A DNA stretch of 63,537 bases, the filler included. It is 6 parts of 6 records of this genome, joined end to end, with 100 filler letters (N's around TTAATTAATTAA, not from the genome) between each part and the next. Parts side by side here need not be neighbours in the genome. Positions count along the whole stretch, not along the records: positions 19,858 to 36,291 come from SRR31156797_11073; positions 36,392 to 43,996 come from SRR31156797_11088; 4 more parts are not named here. One strand, 5' to 3'. The notes under the pieces were generated by a model that was not told the origin of the DNA, ran no database searches, and was given only the letters and a program-made list of their open reading frames with translations. Positions within the stretch are counted from its first letter, which is position 1. The number at the start of each line of letters is the position of its first letter. The position numbers were made by a program, and so were the translations under genes. Shown one piece after another: positions 28,528 to 37,798 of the stretch.

Positions 28528-30507
28528 TCATGCAAGTCCTCTTCTGCGTTCACTACGATACTCTTCCAAAATAGATTGTACTTGTTTATGTTCCTTTTCC
28601 TTACGTCTATCTTCAGCACCCTGCTTCCACTTCTCTATCGCTTTTTCAAGAATTTCGGGGTTTACCGAGGCAAGGTCACCAACACGATGAAGCTGTATAC
28701 CCTTCAAGACGGGAACATCCCCTTCGTAGAAAGATTCCATTGCTGCATGTGGCATGTCCTCTTTTATCAGTACAGCCCTGACTTTTGCCTCAACAAGAAG
28801 AGAAGAAGTTACAGGACCTCCGCCACTGGGGTCTTCAAGGTAGATAAGGTCATTTTCCTTTATCCCGTAAAGCTCCTTTGTGTGTTGTATAGCTTCCTTT
28901 GTAAACGAGGAGATCAATTTCACAGGAAGACCTTCTCCTTTTACTTCCTTTTTACGTATCTGTTTGAGACGTTTGTTCTGTCTACGCTGGTTACGCAGGG
29001 CCTTTTTGCTTTTAGCAAGCTCCTTACTGAGACGGGATATTTCACTATCCCTTATCTGCATTTCCTTTTCACGCCTGACCTTCTTAAATACAGTGTTCTT
29101 GATCTTGTTAATGCGCAATTCCAGTTTCTCGATTAGCCTTGTTTTTTGCCCGGACTCATATTTAAGCTCTGCAACATATTCCTTTAGCTGCTTTATCTGT
29201 GAATTTTTCTGGCTGAGCTCATCACGCAGCTTCTTTACCTGTTCATCAACATCAGCAGGTTCTTCCTTTACAGGTTTTGGCTCTGGTTTCATTTTAACCT
29301 GTATTTTTGATTCAGAGGCAGCTTTTTCTATTGCTTCGTCTATGGAATCACCATTAATTACATGGAATTTAATCCTGTCAATATCAAGGTATTTAGGCGC
29401 CCTTTTCCCAACCCTAGAAAAAACATTCCTGTATGCCTTGTATGTGGAAAGTGCTGCCGTGAGTGAATCACGCTCATGGTCATTGGAATAGCCGAACTGG
29501 CGGGCAATGGCTATCTTGTCCTCTGCCCTTATCTCCCCTCCGGGACTCCATATATTTGCATTAAAACTGCGGCGGATCTTTTCAACAGCCGATGGAGTTG
29601 GATAAACATCAGTGGCAACTATCACAGGTTTACCATATTCGGCTATGAGCCTGACAACCTCGTCATGGGATATGCCACGTATGCTGTCTGAGAGAAGCAG
29701 TTCCCCATCAAGAGAAAGTATGGCTATTCCTACTGTGGTACCGGGATCTATTCCAACGATTGTATATTTACGTCCTGCTTTTTTAATTGGAATATACTGT
29801 ATCTTATCCCTTTCAACACTCTTTACTGTGACCTGCACATCAGCAGTTGAAGAAGGCTTGACCGGAATACGATCACGTCTGGTATTTACAGTAAATTCCG
29901 CCCTTACATATCCCCCGAAACCTTCAGTGATCCGTTCAGTATAGGTGTAACCTGTTTCCCTGGAGAACTTCCGAAGTATGCTTTCAACTTCTCTGCTTTT
30001 CACCTTGACAGCGCCATGGACTTTCCTGCGATAGCGATTCTGGCTCCAGCCGCCCCTGCCAAGGGAACGTGCACGGCTCACTTTTATGCGCGTAATATCT
30101 TCAAAAAGGGATACCTCAGCGCCTACGCCAAGGCTGGCAAGAATTGCACAGGCTTCTGCTTCCTGATTTGGATCGAACTGATTAAATGAAAGTCCGTGTT
30201 CCTGTCCAAGCCGAAGAAGGGGTTTCTGATGAATGCCTCCGGTAACCTGTACCAGCCGGGTATTCTCAGGAAGCTTTTCAAGAAAGCGGATAAGAGCTTT
30301 TTTATCTGCAGCAAGCTCAAAAATATTATCCACAGCAATGTAATCAGGACGGTCTTTGTTCAGCATCCGGAGTATCCTGTGAAGCCGGACCATTGTATAG
30401 TGATTTATTTCCCCTTCTTTTAGGACTGCCACAGCATATCTTGGGGCTTCCTGTGCCCTGGAAGAGCCCTTTGCTATGTCAATGCCGTATATAACCCCGT
30501 TTTGCAT
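28528..30507 (-). CDS. DUF460-family archaeal protein (RNase H-like domains plus coiled coil)
   Basis: GIDI, GRGGWSQNRYRR, VGIDPGTTVG, HERDSL, long coiled coil. Confidence 0.8.
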   Translation of the reverse strand: MQNGVIYGIDIAKGSSRAQEAPRYAVAVLKEGEINHYTMVRLHRILRMLNKDRPDYIAVDNIFELAADKKALIRFLEKLPENTRLVQVTGGIHQKPLLRLGQEHGLSFNQFDPNQEAEACAILASLGVGAEVSLFEDITRIKVSRARSLGRGGWSQNRYRRKVHGAVKVKSREVESILRKFSRETGYTYTERITEGFGGYVRAEFTVNTRRDRIPVKPSSTADVQVTVKSVERDKIQYIPIKKAGRKYTIVGIDPGTTVGIAILSLDGELLLSDSIRGISHDEVVRLIAEYGKPVIVATDVYPTPSAVEKIRRSFNANIWSPGGEIRAEDKIAIARQFGYSNDHERDSLTAALSTYKAYRNVFSRVGKRAPKYLDIDRIKFHVINGDSIDEAIEKAASESKIQVKMKPEPKPVKEEPADVDEQVKKLRDELSQKNSQIKQLKEYVAELKYESGQKTRLIEKLELRINKIKNTVFKKVRREKEMQIRDSEISRLSKELAKSKKALRNQRRQNKRLKQIRKKEVKGEGLPVKLISSFTKEAIQHTKELYGIKENDLIYLEDPSGGGPVTSSLLVEAKVRAVLIKEDMPHAAMESFYEGDVPVLKGIQLHRVGDLASVNPEILEKAIEKWKQGAEDRRKEKEHKQVQSILEEYRSERRRGLA

Positions 30508-30540
30508 AACAGTATATTTTATGTCCTTACTATGATATAT

Positions 30541-31437
30541 TTATGACTCCACAGCAGATTTTATGCGGGCTATAACCTCACCCTGATCCATATTAATGCG
30601 ATATTTACGCATGAAATGTTTTAACACGTTGTACACATCTCTTTCAAGCAATTCATCTGCATGGGGATGACTTGTTTCAACATACTGTGGCCAGTCAATG
30701 AATTGTACCCCACCTTCGTTTACAAAGATGTTGTACTCACTCAGATCAGAATGAATGTAACCTTTTTTGTAGACCAGACCAACCTGCCTGAGTATCTCAT
30801 CAAGGAACCACTGTGGGTCTTCGAGCCTTGTCTTGTACAGAAGAGTTCCCTTTGCCACATCCATGACAAGGGCATGACGATTATTATCAAGAAGTTTTGG
30901 CACAGATACATCTGGATATAGCTTTTTGATAATCTCAGCTTCCCTTTTTGCAGCAAGTCTTGCAGCGTATATCCATGAGAAATGTTCCCGATCCTGCAAG
31001 TGGGAACGTGTCCTTTTCACTGACTTGAAACTGGTTCGGCCTTCCCTGTGGAATTTAAGAATTACTCCCTGAGGTTCCCCCAGGCCAAGTTCCGGCTCTT
31101 TCACAGCCTCATGAACAACGGATTCCTTCCCCACACCGATCTCATCACCAATAGCACTGATGGTGCCCCTTTTGACAAATGTGTTCAGGGCAAGTGCGTC
31201 ATAGCCATCAAAATAGATCTGGTAACCCTCGTATGGATTCTTGATACCCAGTACCATGTTATTCCTAATGAGCAGGCTGAGCTTGTACTCCAGGGACGAA
31301 TATGGAATTCGCGTATATTTTATTATTTCTTCAATTGGCACCCACTCAAAATTCTTCATGCCAATTTCAATACCTGTAAGTATGCGCAGATCCTTGCTGT
31401 CCAGTTCTTTGAATAACTTCACGACGTCGTCTATCAT
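30541..31437 (-). CDS. rio2: RIO2 serine/threonine kinase
   Basis: N-terminal winged helix, GVGKES, HSDLSEYNI, IDWPQ. Confidence 0.92.
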   Translation of the reverse strand: MIDDVVKLFKELDSKDLRILTGIEIGMKNFEWVPIEEIIKYTRIPYSSLEYKLSLLIRNNMVLGIKNPYEGYQIYFDGYDALALNTFVKRGTISAIGDEIGVGKESVVHEAVKEPELGLGEPQGVILKFHREGRTSFKSVKRTRSHLQDREHFSWIYAARLAAKREAEIIKKLYPDVSVPKLLDNNRHALVMDVAKGTLLYKTRLEDPQWFLDEILRQVGLVYKKGYIHSDLSEYNIFVNEGGVQFIDWPQYVETSHPHADELLERDVYNVLKHFMRKYRINMDQGEVIARIKSAVES

Positions 31438-31533
31438 TTGCTACCTGATTGATTCCATGGTTTAGATTGTTTGTGGTTAGAATGGATAGCAGGAAGGAAG
31501 GATAAAAATGAAATCATAAAAATGAACAAAACG

Positions 31534-31942
31534 GACTCTGTAGAAATCCTCATTTAAATTGCTCATACGATCGTGCGTGCTTGTCATGGTTACAGACTAT
31601 TAGTCTTATGGGAATCATTCTGGTTTTTAATTACCAGTATGCAGAAAAAGAGGGAAAGCAATAGAATATTTTTCAGCTTTTTGAATCGTGCCGGCTTCGC
31701 CGGGACCCTCCAGGATGTTTAAGTTATTCATGACTTCTGATTAGGTAGACTTATTGTTCCCTGTAGCCTTGTGTTTTTGATAGTTCTACAAAAAATCAGG
31801 ACAGGCAAAGAACAATGCTGCCCCCCACCGCAGACGGCACATTCCTTCACTACCATCCTGAAAACTATTGAATAATGTAGTTTTTAGGGCTCATAAGAAT
31901 TGTTGTGTTCAAAATTGCAATTAGCAGTATTTCTACAGAGTC
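31534..31942. mobile_element. 409-bp non-autonomous MITE-like element
   Basis: Perfect 14-bp terminal inverted repeats GACTCTGTAGAAAT / ATTTCTACAGAGTC. Flanking 8-mers ACAAAACG / ACAATACG (7/8) suggest a target duplication. No transposase ORF. Confidence 0.85.
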
Positions 31943-31968
31943 ACAATACGAAAAGTTCAGGCGAGAGT

Positions 31969-33153
31969 TCAGGTAAACTTCCCCCATGCCTCTTCCTCAA
32001 CCCTGCGGATGACCTCTTTTAACGGCAAGCCAATCTCATCAGCGACCTTGCGGCAGTCCTCATATTCAGCAGATATGTGTAATATCTCACCTGTGCGGTC
32101 CTGTGCTATCTTCACAGCAACCGTAAACTCTCCACCTTTAAGCCGGATATCCACCGTGTCCATTTTCCTGTCAGCCACAAAACGATGAGCTGTGGGAATC
32201 ACACGGATTCCAAGAGTACCTGTCTCTTTCATCATCTCGCGGGCAACCTGTTCACTATTCTGCGATTTTGTAATTACCTTGATGATATGACCGGACCTGC
32301 CTTTCTTCATAATAGTTGGGGTTATGGCAACATCCCTTGCACCTGCGGCAAGTAACTTGTCGAACAGGTTTCCAAGAACCTCTCCGGTAACATCATCGAC
32401 ATTGGTCTCCAGTACTTCAATGCGATCTTTTGTCAGAATGTCACTTGTTTCCACCAGCATGCTGCGAAGTACATTGGGATCTTCAGTATCCGCATCTCCT
32501 GCTCCATATCCTATTGAAAGGACTTTTCCCTTTGGAATATTTTCAACAGGTTTTGCAAAATAGGATAATAAAGCAGCACCTGTGGGAGTTAACAATTCCC
32601 TGCTGCCTGAACCATATGAATAAAGCTCACCACGTCTCAGTATCTCCAGTGTGGCAGGTGCTGGAACCTGCATTAATCCGTGTGCAGCCCTGACCTTTCC
32701 TCCCCCTACATTAACCGGTGTGCAGAATATAGTATCTGCCCCAATATCATGCATGGCTGCGCATGAACCGATAACATCTGCCAGCGCATCGTTCTGTCCT
32801 ACCTCGTGGAAATGAATCATTTCAAGGGATACGCCGTGTACTTTTGACTCAGCTTCAGCCATAATGGCAAAGACATCCAGTGCACTTTTTTCAACCTGAG
32901 GTGGAAGTCCTGCTGACTTGATAGTATCCACAAGTTCGTGGTAGTGTCTGGAATGTTCTTCATGCGGTACATGAATGTGAACATCAGTGGCATCGATACC
33001 TCTCTTGTTCGTCCGTTCCACGGAGACTGAAACATCAACTGCAGATTCGATAATCTCACGTATCCTTAAACCATCGGCGCCAAGGTCGATGAGACTTCCA
33101 AGTATCATATCTCCTGCCGCACCTGAAAAGGGGTCAAATATCAGGGAATTCAT
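31969..33153 (-). CDS. larC: Nickel pincer cofactor nickel insertase
   Basis: SGAAGDM, HFHEVG, AHG, VPAPAT, ELLTPTGAA, ETNVDD, ETGTLGIR. Confidence 0.93.
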   Translation of the reverse strand: MNSLIFDPFSGAAGDMILGSLIDLGADGLRIREIIESAVDVSVSVERTNKRGIDATDVHIHVPHEEHSRHYHELVDTIKSAGLPPQVEKSALDVFAIMAEAESKVHGVSLEMIHFHEVGQNDALADVIGSCAAMHDIGADTIFCTPVNVGGGKVRAAHGLMQVPAPATLEILRRGELYSYGSGSRELLTPTGAALLSYFAKPVENIPKGKVLSIGYGAGDADTEDPNVLRSMLVETSDILTKDRIEVLETNVDDVTGEVLGNLFDKLLAAGARDVAITPTIMKKGRSGHIIKVITKSQNSEQVAREMMKETGTLGIRVIPTAHRFVADRKMDTVDIRLKGGEFTVAVKIAQDRTGEILHISAEYEDCRKVADEIGLPLKEVIRRVEEEAWGKFT

Positions 33154-33209
33154 GTTCTCATTTCCAAGTTGTATATTTCAAACTATAAACATTAAACAGG
33201 TGACTCTGC

Positions 33210-33989
33210 CTAAGACTTGCTGCCTCTTGCCTCAGCAACCCTGTTAGCTATCCTTGCTGCAAAGGAACCTGCAACAAATCCCGCGTCTATATTGACAACG
33301 GAGAGCACTGAGCAGGACTGCAGCATAGAAAGCAATGCAGCTTCACCCTTTGCGCCTGCACCATAGCCAGTGGATACGGGAAGCCCGATAACAGGGACAT
33401 CTACAAGACCTGAGACAACTGTTGGCAGGGTTCCTTCCCTCCCTGCTGCCACGACAATGGAATCAGGTTTCTTTTCCTGTAATATTTTCATTTCACTAAT
33501 TAGTCTATGGAATCCGGCAACTCCAACATCATAGATAGCAACAGTCTCACATCCCATTTCATGAGCTACCATCCTTGCTTCTTCAGCTGCATCAATATCT
33601 GCAGTTCCGGCAGTTATTATGGCGACAATGCCACCGGTTCTTGGTGCTGGTGTACCGTTGTGAACCACAACACCCTTTGAATGAAGATCCCATTCAAGTT
33701 CTTCAGGACTAAAAGCAGACTTTAGTACTTCCCTGTGATCCTCACTTAGTCTTGTAATAAGAACTCTCCCCGATGCAGTAACCTGTGCCTTTGCGATTTC
33801 AACCACATCATGAGGCTCCTTACCCTCTGCAAGTATTGCCTCCATGATACCCGTACGGTGCTTACGGAAAGTATCGATCTTAGCAATATCTGTGACAGGA
33901 ACAAAACCCATTGAACGAATATCTGATTCTGCTTTTTCGATATCCAGCTCATTATTTTTCAGCTTGTTTAGTACGCTTTTGAGATCCAT
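33210..33989 (-). CDS. larB: Nickel pincer cofactor carboxylase/hydrolase
   Basis: TAGTAD, DVGVAG, AGREG, PVSTGYG, SC, VVNIDAG. Confidence 0.93.
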   Translation of the reverse strand: MDLKSVLNKLKNNELDIEKAESDIRSMGFVPVTDIAKIDTFRKHRTGIMEAILAEGKEPHDVVEIAKAQVTASGRVLITRLSEDHREVLKSAFSPEELEWDLHSKGVVVHNGTPAPRTGGIVAIITAGTADIDAAEEARMVAHEMGCETVAIYDVGVAGFHRLISEMKILQEKKPDSIVVAAGREGTLPTVVSGLVDVPVIGLPVSTGYGAGAKGEAALLSMLQSCSVLSVVNIDAGFVAGSFAARIANRVAEARGSKS

Positions 33990-34136
33990 TTATACTCCCT
34001 TCTACTTTGGATTATTAATATATAACTGAATTTGAGAATCAGCAAAGGAAATAGATTTATTGTTCTACCAGTTGATAAAAGTCAGCTTGAACAATACCCT
34101 ATTTTGTTTTATCGATACTTTGAATTATCCCCGCTA

Positions 34137-35336
34137 TTATACCTGCTTGAACATCTCCCTTGCCATTGTAGCTCTCTGCTCAAGATCTGGCCCTTCAAGT
34201 TCTTCCATAACTAAGCTAAGAACTGTTGGTATATCAATATGCTGAGGACATTTTTCCAGACATTGTCCACACTGGACACACTGAGATGCAAACTCTGGCT
34301 CTCCCAGACCAACAGCGCCACCCACACGTGCTGCATACATGAACTTTACTGTGTCTGGATTATCTTCCAGGTAAAGATTGTTGTACTGCTCAAAACAAAG
34401 TGGAATATTCACACCTGCCGGACATGGCATACAATACTGGCAGCCAGTACATTCTACTTTCATAAGTTCACGATACTTGTTTTCCACTCTCTTTACAAGC
34501 TGTATTTCTTCTTCTGTTAATGAAGCAGGATACGCCTCACCTGCAATTCTGATGTTCTCCTCAACATGAACTTCCTCATTCATACCGGATAGGATTACCG
34601 TAACTTCCGGATGGTTCCACACCCAGCGAAGAGCCCATTCAGCAGGAGTTCTTTTTATTGAGGCTTCGTCCCATATCCCTTTAACGGACTGAGGTACAGT
34701 TTTTGTCAGACTTCCTCCACGAAGAGGCTCCATGATAACAACTCCAAGACCTTTTGAAGCAGCAGATTCCAGTCCGTCTTTACCTGCCTGGTTCTTTTCG
34801 TCAAGAATGTTATACTGTATCTGGCAGAAGTCCCAGTCATAAGCATCTATTATCCGATTGAAATCCTCTGAAGCTCCGTGGAAGGAGAATCCTGCATTAA
34901 TTATACGACCATCAGCTTTGGCCTTGTCAAGAAAATCTGCTACATCTAACTTTTCAACACTGTCCCACAGGTCACCAACCAGAGCATGTATCAGATAATA
35001 GTCGATATGATCAGTGTTCAGCTTCTCAAGCTGAAAATTCAGAAACTTATCCATATCCTCGCGTTTCTCTATAAGCCATGAGGGAAGCTTTGTAGCGATC
35101 TTCACTTTTTCACGGTACCCATCTGCAAGAGCATGACCTAGGAATGGCTCGCTTGCTCCCATGTGGTATGGCCAGGCTGTGTCAACATAGTTAACACCCT
35201 GGTCAATTGCATCACGCACCTGTTTGGTGGCTTTTTCTTCATCGATGCTGCCATCTTCCTTTGAGGCGAGGCGCATACAACCGAATCCAAGTATCGAAAG
35301 CTCGTCTCCATTCTTTGGCATTTTTCTGTATAACAT
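34137..35336 (-). CDS. Aldo/keto reductase with C-terminal 4Fe-4S dicluster
   Basis: GFGCMR, DTAWPY, ATKL, CTGCQYCMPCP, CVQCGQCLEKCP. Confidence 0.9.
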   Translation of the reverse strand: MLYRKMPKNGDELSILGFGCMRLASKEDGSIDEEKATKQVRDAIDQGVNYVDTAWPYHMGASEPFLGHALADGYREKVKIATKLPSWLIEKREDMDKFLNFQLEKLNTDHIDYYLIHALVGDLWDSVEKLDVADFLDKAKADGRIINAGFSFHGASEDFNRIIDAYDWDFCQIQYNILDEKNQAGKDGLESAASKGLGVVIMEPLRGGSLTKTVPQSVKGIWDEASIKRTPAEWALRWVWNHPEVTVILSGMNEEVHVEENIRIAGEAYPASLTEEEIQLVKRVENKYRELMKVECTGCQYCMPCPAGVNIPLCFEQYNNLYLEDNPDTVKFMYAARVGGAVGLGEPEFASQCVQCGQCLEKCPQHIDIPTVLSLVMEELEGPDLEQRATMAREMFKQV

Positions 35337-35386
35337 CTTGAGTTCTCCTTTATTTTTGAATTGAATAAGATTACATTATTATCAAC

Positions 35387-35447
35387 TGACTGGACAGTCA
35401 ATGATGGATAGATTTGTTAGTATATATTTGTTTTGATTGATCAATCA
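35387..35447. promoter_or_regulatory. Pair of related 14-bp palindromes flanking a TATA-like box
   Basis: TGACTG-GA-CAGTCA (35387-35400) and TGATTG-AT-CAATCA (35434-35447) on either side of TATATAT (~35421). Confidence 0.6.
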
Positions 35448-35614
35448 CTCACATTGCAATGGTAAATTAATACCTTTGCTGAACCATTCATTATTTCGGG
35501 CAGATGAGCGTTGTCCCTTCAGTTATTAGGCACAGCCCCACAAATAATGGGTGAGTTCTATAAAAAGTTCACAGAACCAATAATCACATAAACTTTTTAC
35601 CTTTATTTTTCACA

Positions 35615-36289
35615 TCACTCTGACATATGTTCTTCCCAAAAACGGATTGCGTATTCTATCCACCCCTGGGCATCAGTACCTGTGCCAAGCCCAAAGCCAT
35701 GCCCAGCATTCTTATATTTACGATACTCGACATCTATTCCAGAAATTTTCATGGATTCTACACGTCTTTCAACAGCAGATACACTGGCAATGGGATCATC
35801 CTCGCTCGATGTAACAAATGTTGGCGGGTCATTTAGAGAAAAATCCGAATGACCGGTATAAGCCATTACAACAGTGCATGGTTTTGGAATATCATCTCCA
35901 CCATAAGCAAAAGCTCCATTTGATCCGAGCCGGGCTGCCATCCTGGCACCTGCTGAACTACCCCATAGAGAGTAATCTTCCGTACTGACTTCGAACATAT
36001 CTGCATTCTCAAAAATATAGGATGTTGCTGCTGCCAGATCTTCACAGGCAATACGCTCCCCTCCCACACGGTATTGCAGGACAAAAGCATTGTATCCTTT
36101 ATTACTCAACTCTATAGCATGAGGGGATCCTTCATGTACAGAGCCGACATAAGAATAGCCTCCACCCGGACATATAACTGCAAAGGGAGCACCTGCCTCT
36201 CCTTTAAAATAGAAAAGTCCGGTAGACTTTTTAGATGGATCTTCCTTCTTTTGCTGCTCGGTGTAGAAATCATAAAATATAGTTTGACC
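35615..36289 (-). CDS. Alpha/beta hydrolase (esterase-like), 5'-truncated by contig end
   Basis: The frame is open to the contig edge; PGGGY, GSSAG, DDP, GHGFG. Confidence 0.85.
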   Translation of the reverse strand, partial: GQTIFYDFYTEQQKKEDPSKKSTGLFYFKGEAGAPFAVICPGGGYSYVGSVHEGSPHAIELSNKGYNAFVLQYRVGGERIACEDLAAATSYIFENADMFEVSTEDYSLWGSSAGARMAARLGSNGAFAYGGDDIPKPCTVVMAYTGHSDFSLNDPPTFVTSSEDDPIASVSAVERRVESMKISGIDVEYRKYKNAGHGFGLGTGTDAQGWIEYAIRFWEEHMSE

Positions 36290-36391
36290 ATNNNNNNNNN
36301 NNNNNNNNNNNNNNNNNNNNNNNNNNNNNNNNNNNTTAATTAATTAANNNNNNNNNNNNNNNNNNNNNNNNNNNNNNNNNNNNNNNNNNNN

Positions 36392-37044
36392 TCCAAATAT
36401 CGATTGTTTGAATAGAAAACCACGATATAGGCTGCAGGCTTTTCAGGATCCAATGTGGGAATCATATTCAAAAGCGGTCGATAGCCTCCTTCTGAAGCCC
36501 CAATGCCGACAACGAATTCGCATATCCGTTGAGAAGGGGACGGTTGATGTCTGTCATGCTTGGGAATTCTCATGTACCGAATCGACTCCATGCTTACGCT
36601 TGCGGCGTTCTTTACTCTTTGAACGATTTCGTTCTGTTGATCACCGATCTCTTTTGACCCGAGCCTTGAGGGTTTCAGCATGAAATCGGTAGCCCCATAG
36701 CGTAGGGCGTCAAAGGTCACTTTTGCCCCTTCATCTGTCAGCGTACTCAGCATTAACGTGGGAAGAGGGGATTTGATCATCAGGTGCTTGATGGTGCTGA
36801 TGCCGTCCATGACCGGCATATTCACATCAAGCGTCATGACATCCGGTTTCAGTCTCGAAACGAGGTCCAGGGCCTGGGCGCCGTTTTCCGCTTCGCCGAC
36901 TACGACAATGTCCGGTTCGGATTCCAAAAGTTCTCCTACTGAGCGCCGGATCAATTTTGAATCGTCAACGATGACGACACGGATGGGATCGACCTGTGAA
37001 TCCATGCTTTCGAAGTTCTCTTTTGAGACAAACAACTGTGTCAT
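36392..37044 (-). CDS. CheB-like receiver/methylesterase, 3'-truncated
   Basis: VDDS, DVNMPVMDG and KP receiver motifs, followed by GIGASEGG. Confidence 0.8.
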
Positions 37045-37087
37045 GATTTTCGGTTCTCCATAAGTATAACGTACACTATCCGTTCAC

Positions 37088-37543
37088 TCATAAACTTCTA
37101 TTGCGGTGTTTGCCGGTGACCAAAGTTTCAGTTTTCAATTCATTCTTGCTCTCCTCAATCCAATTCGATTTTATGCTGTGGACAATTTTTGCGATGACGG
37201 CTTTCACATCCGATAAGTTACCGCAGGCAAAGGTATAGTAGCGTGGGTGCAGGTCATTTATCCGTGCGACGAGTTCGGGATCGTCGGTCTGCAGGATAAT
37301 GATAAGCTTTGTTTTTATCAGCCATTTTTTTATGGACTGGGCAATTTCGAGGCTCTCACTGTTGGTTATGCAGTAAACAAGGATCATATCGGATAAAGAT
37401 GCCCCCCTGATCGCTGGTAAAAGTTCTTTGAGTGTTCCATAATTTTGAACTCTCATCAGATTTCTGAACGGGGTCAATTGAGCTTCCAGGCGGTGAAAAA
37501 GGTCGACATCTGAATTAATAAAAATGAATAGCTGCATTTTCAA
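37088..37543 (-). CDS. Hypothetical protein (possible degenerate receiver fold)
   Basis: 151-aa ORF downstream of a sigma54-like promoter. Confidence 0.55.
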   Translation of the reverse strand: MKMQLFIFINSDVDLFHRLEAQLTPFRNLMRVQNYGTLKELLPAIRGASLSDMILVYCITNSESLEIAQSIKKWLIKTKLIIILQTDDPELVARINDLHPRYYTFACGNLSDVKAVIAKIVHSIKSNWIEESKNELKTETLVTGKHRNRSL

Positions 37544-37580
37544 AACTGCCTTTCCTTGTCAAGTAGATATACTTTTCTTT

Positions 37581-37596
37581 ATCAAGGATGATGCCA
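37581..37596 (-). promoter_or_regulatory. Putative sigma54 promoter
   Basis: Minus strand TGGCATCATCCTTGAT (GG-N10-GA). Confidence 0.55.
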
Positions 37597-37798
37597 ACTT
37601 AAATAATTATTTTTTAAATTAACAATTCAACAGGTTATGAAAGTATTGAGAGGAGTGAAGAACGGAATGGAGAGATGTTTATGATTTTATCAGAATATTC
37701 CATTTTTTTCAGAAATGGGGCGGTGAAAATTTTGGAAAGGTAGTCATGAACCTTTGGAAGGGTAGTGGGAAATATTCCGGAAAATTACTATAATGCAG

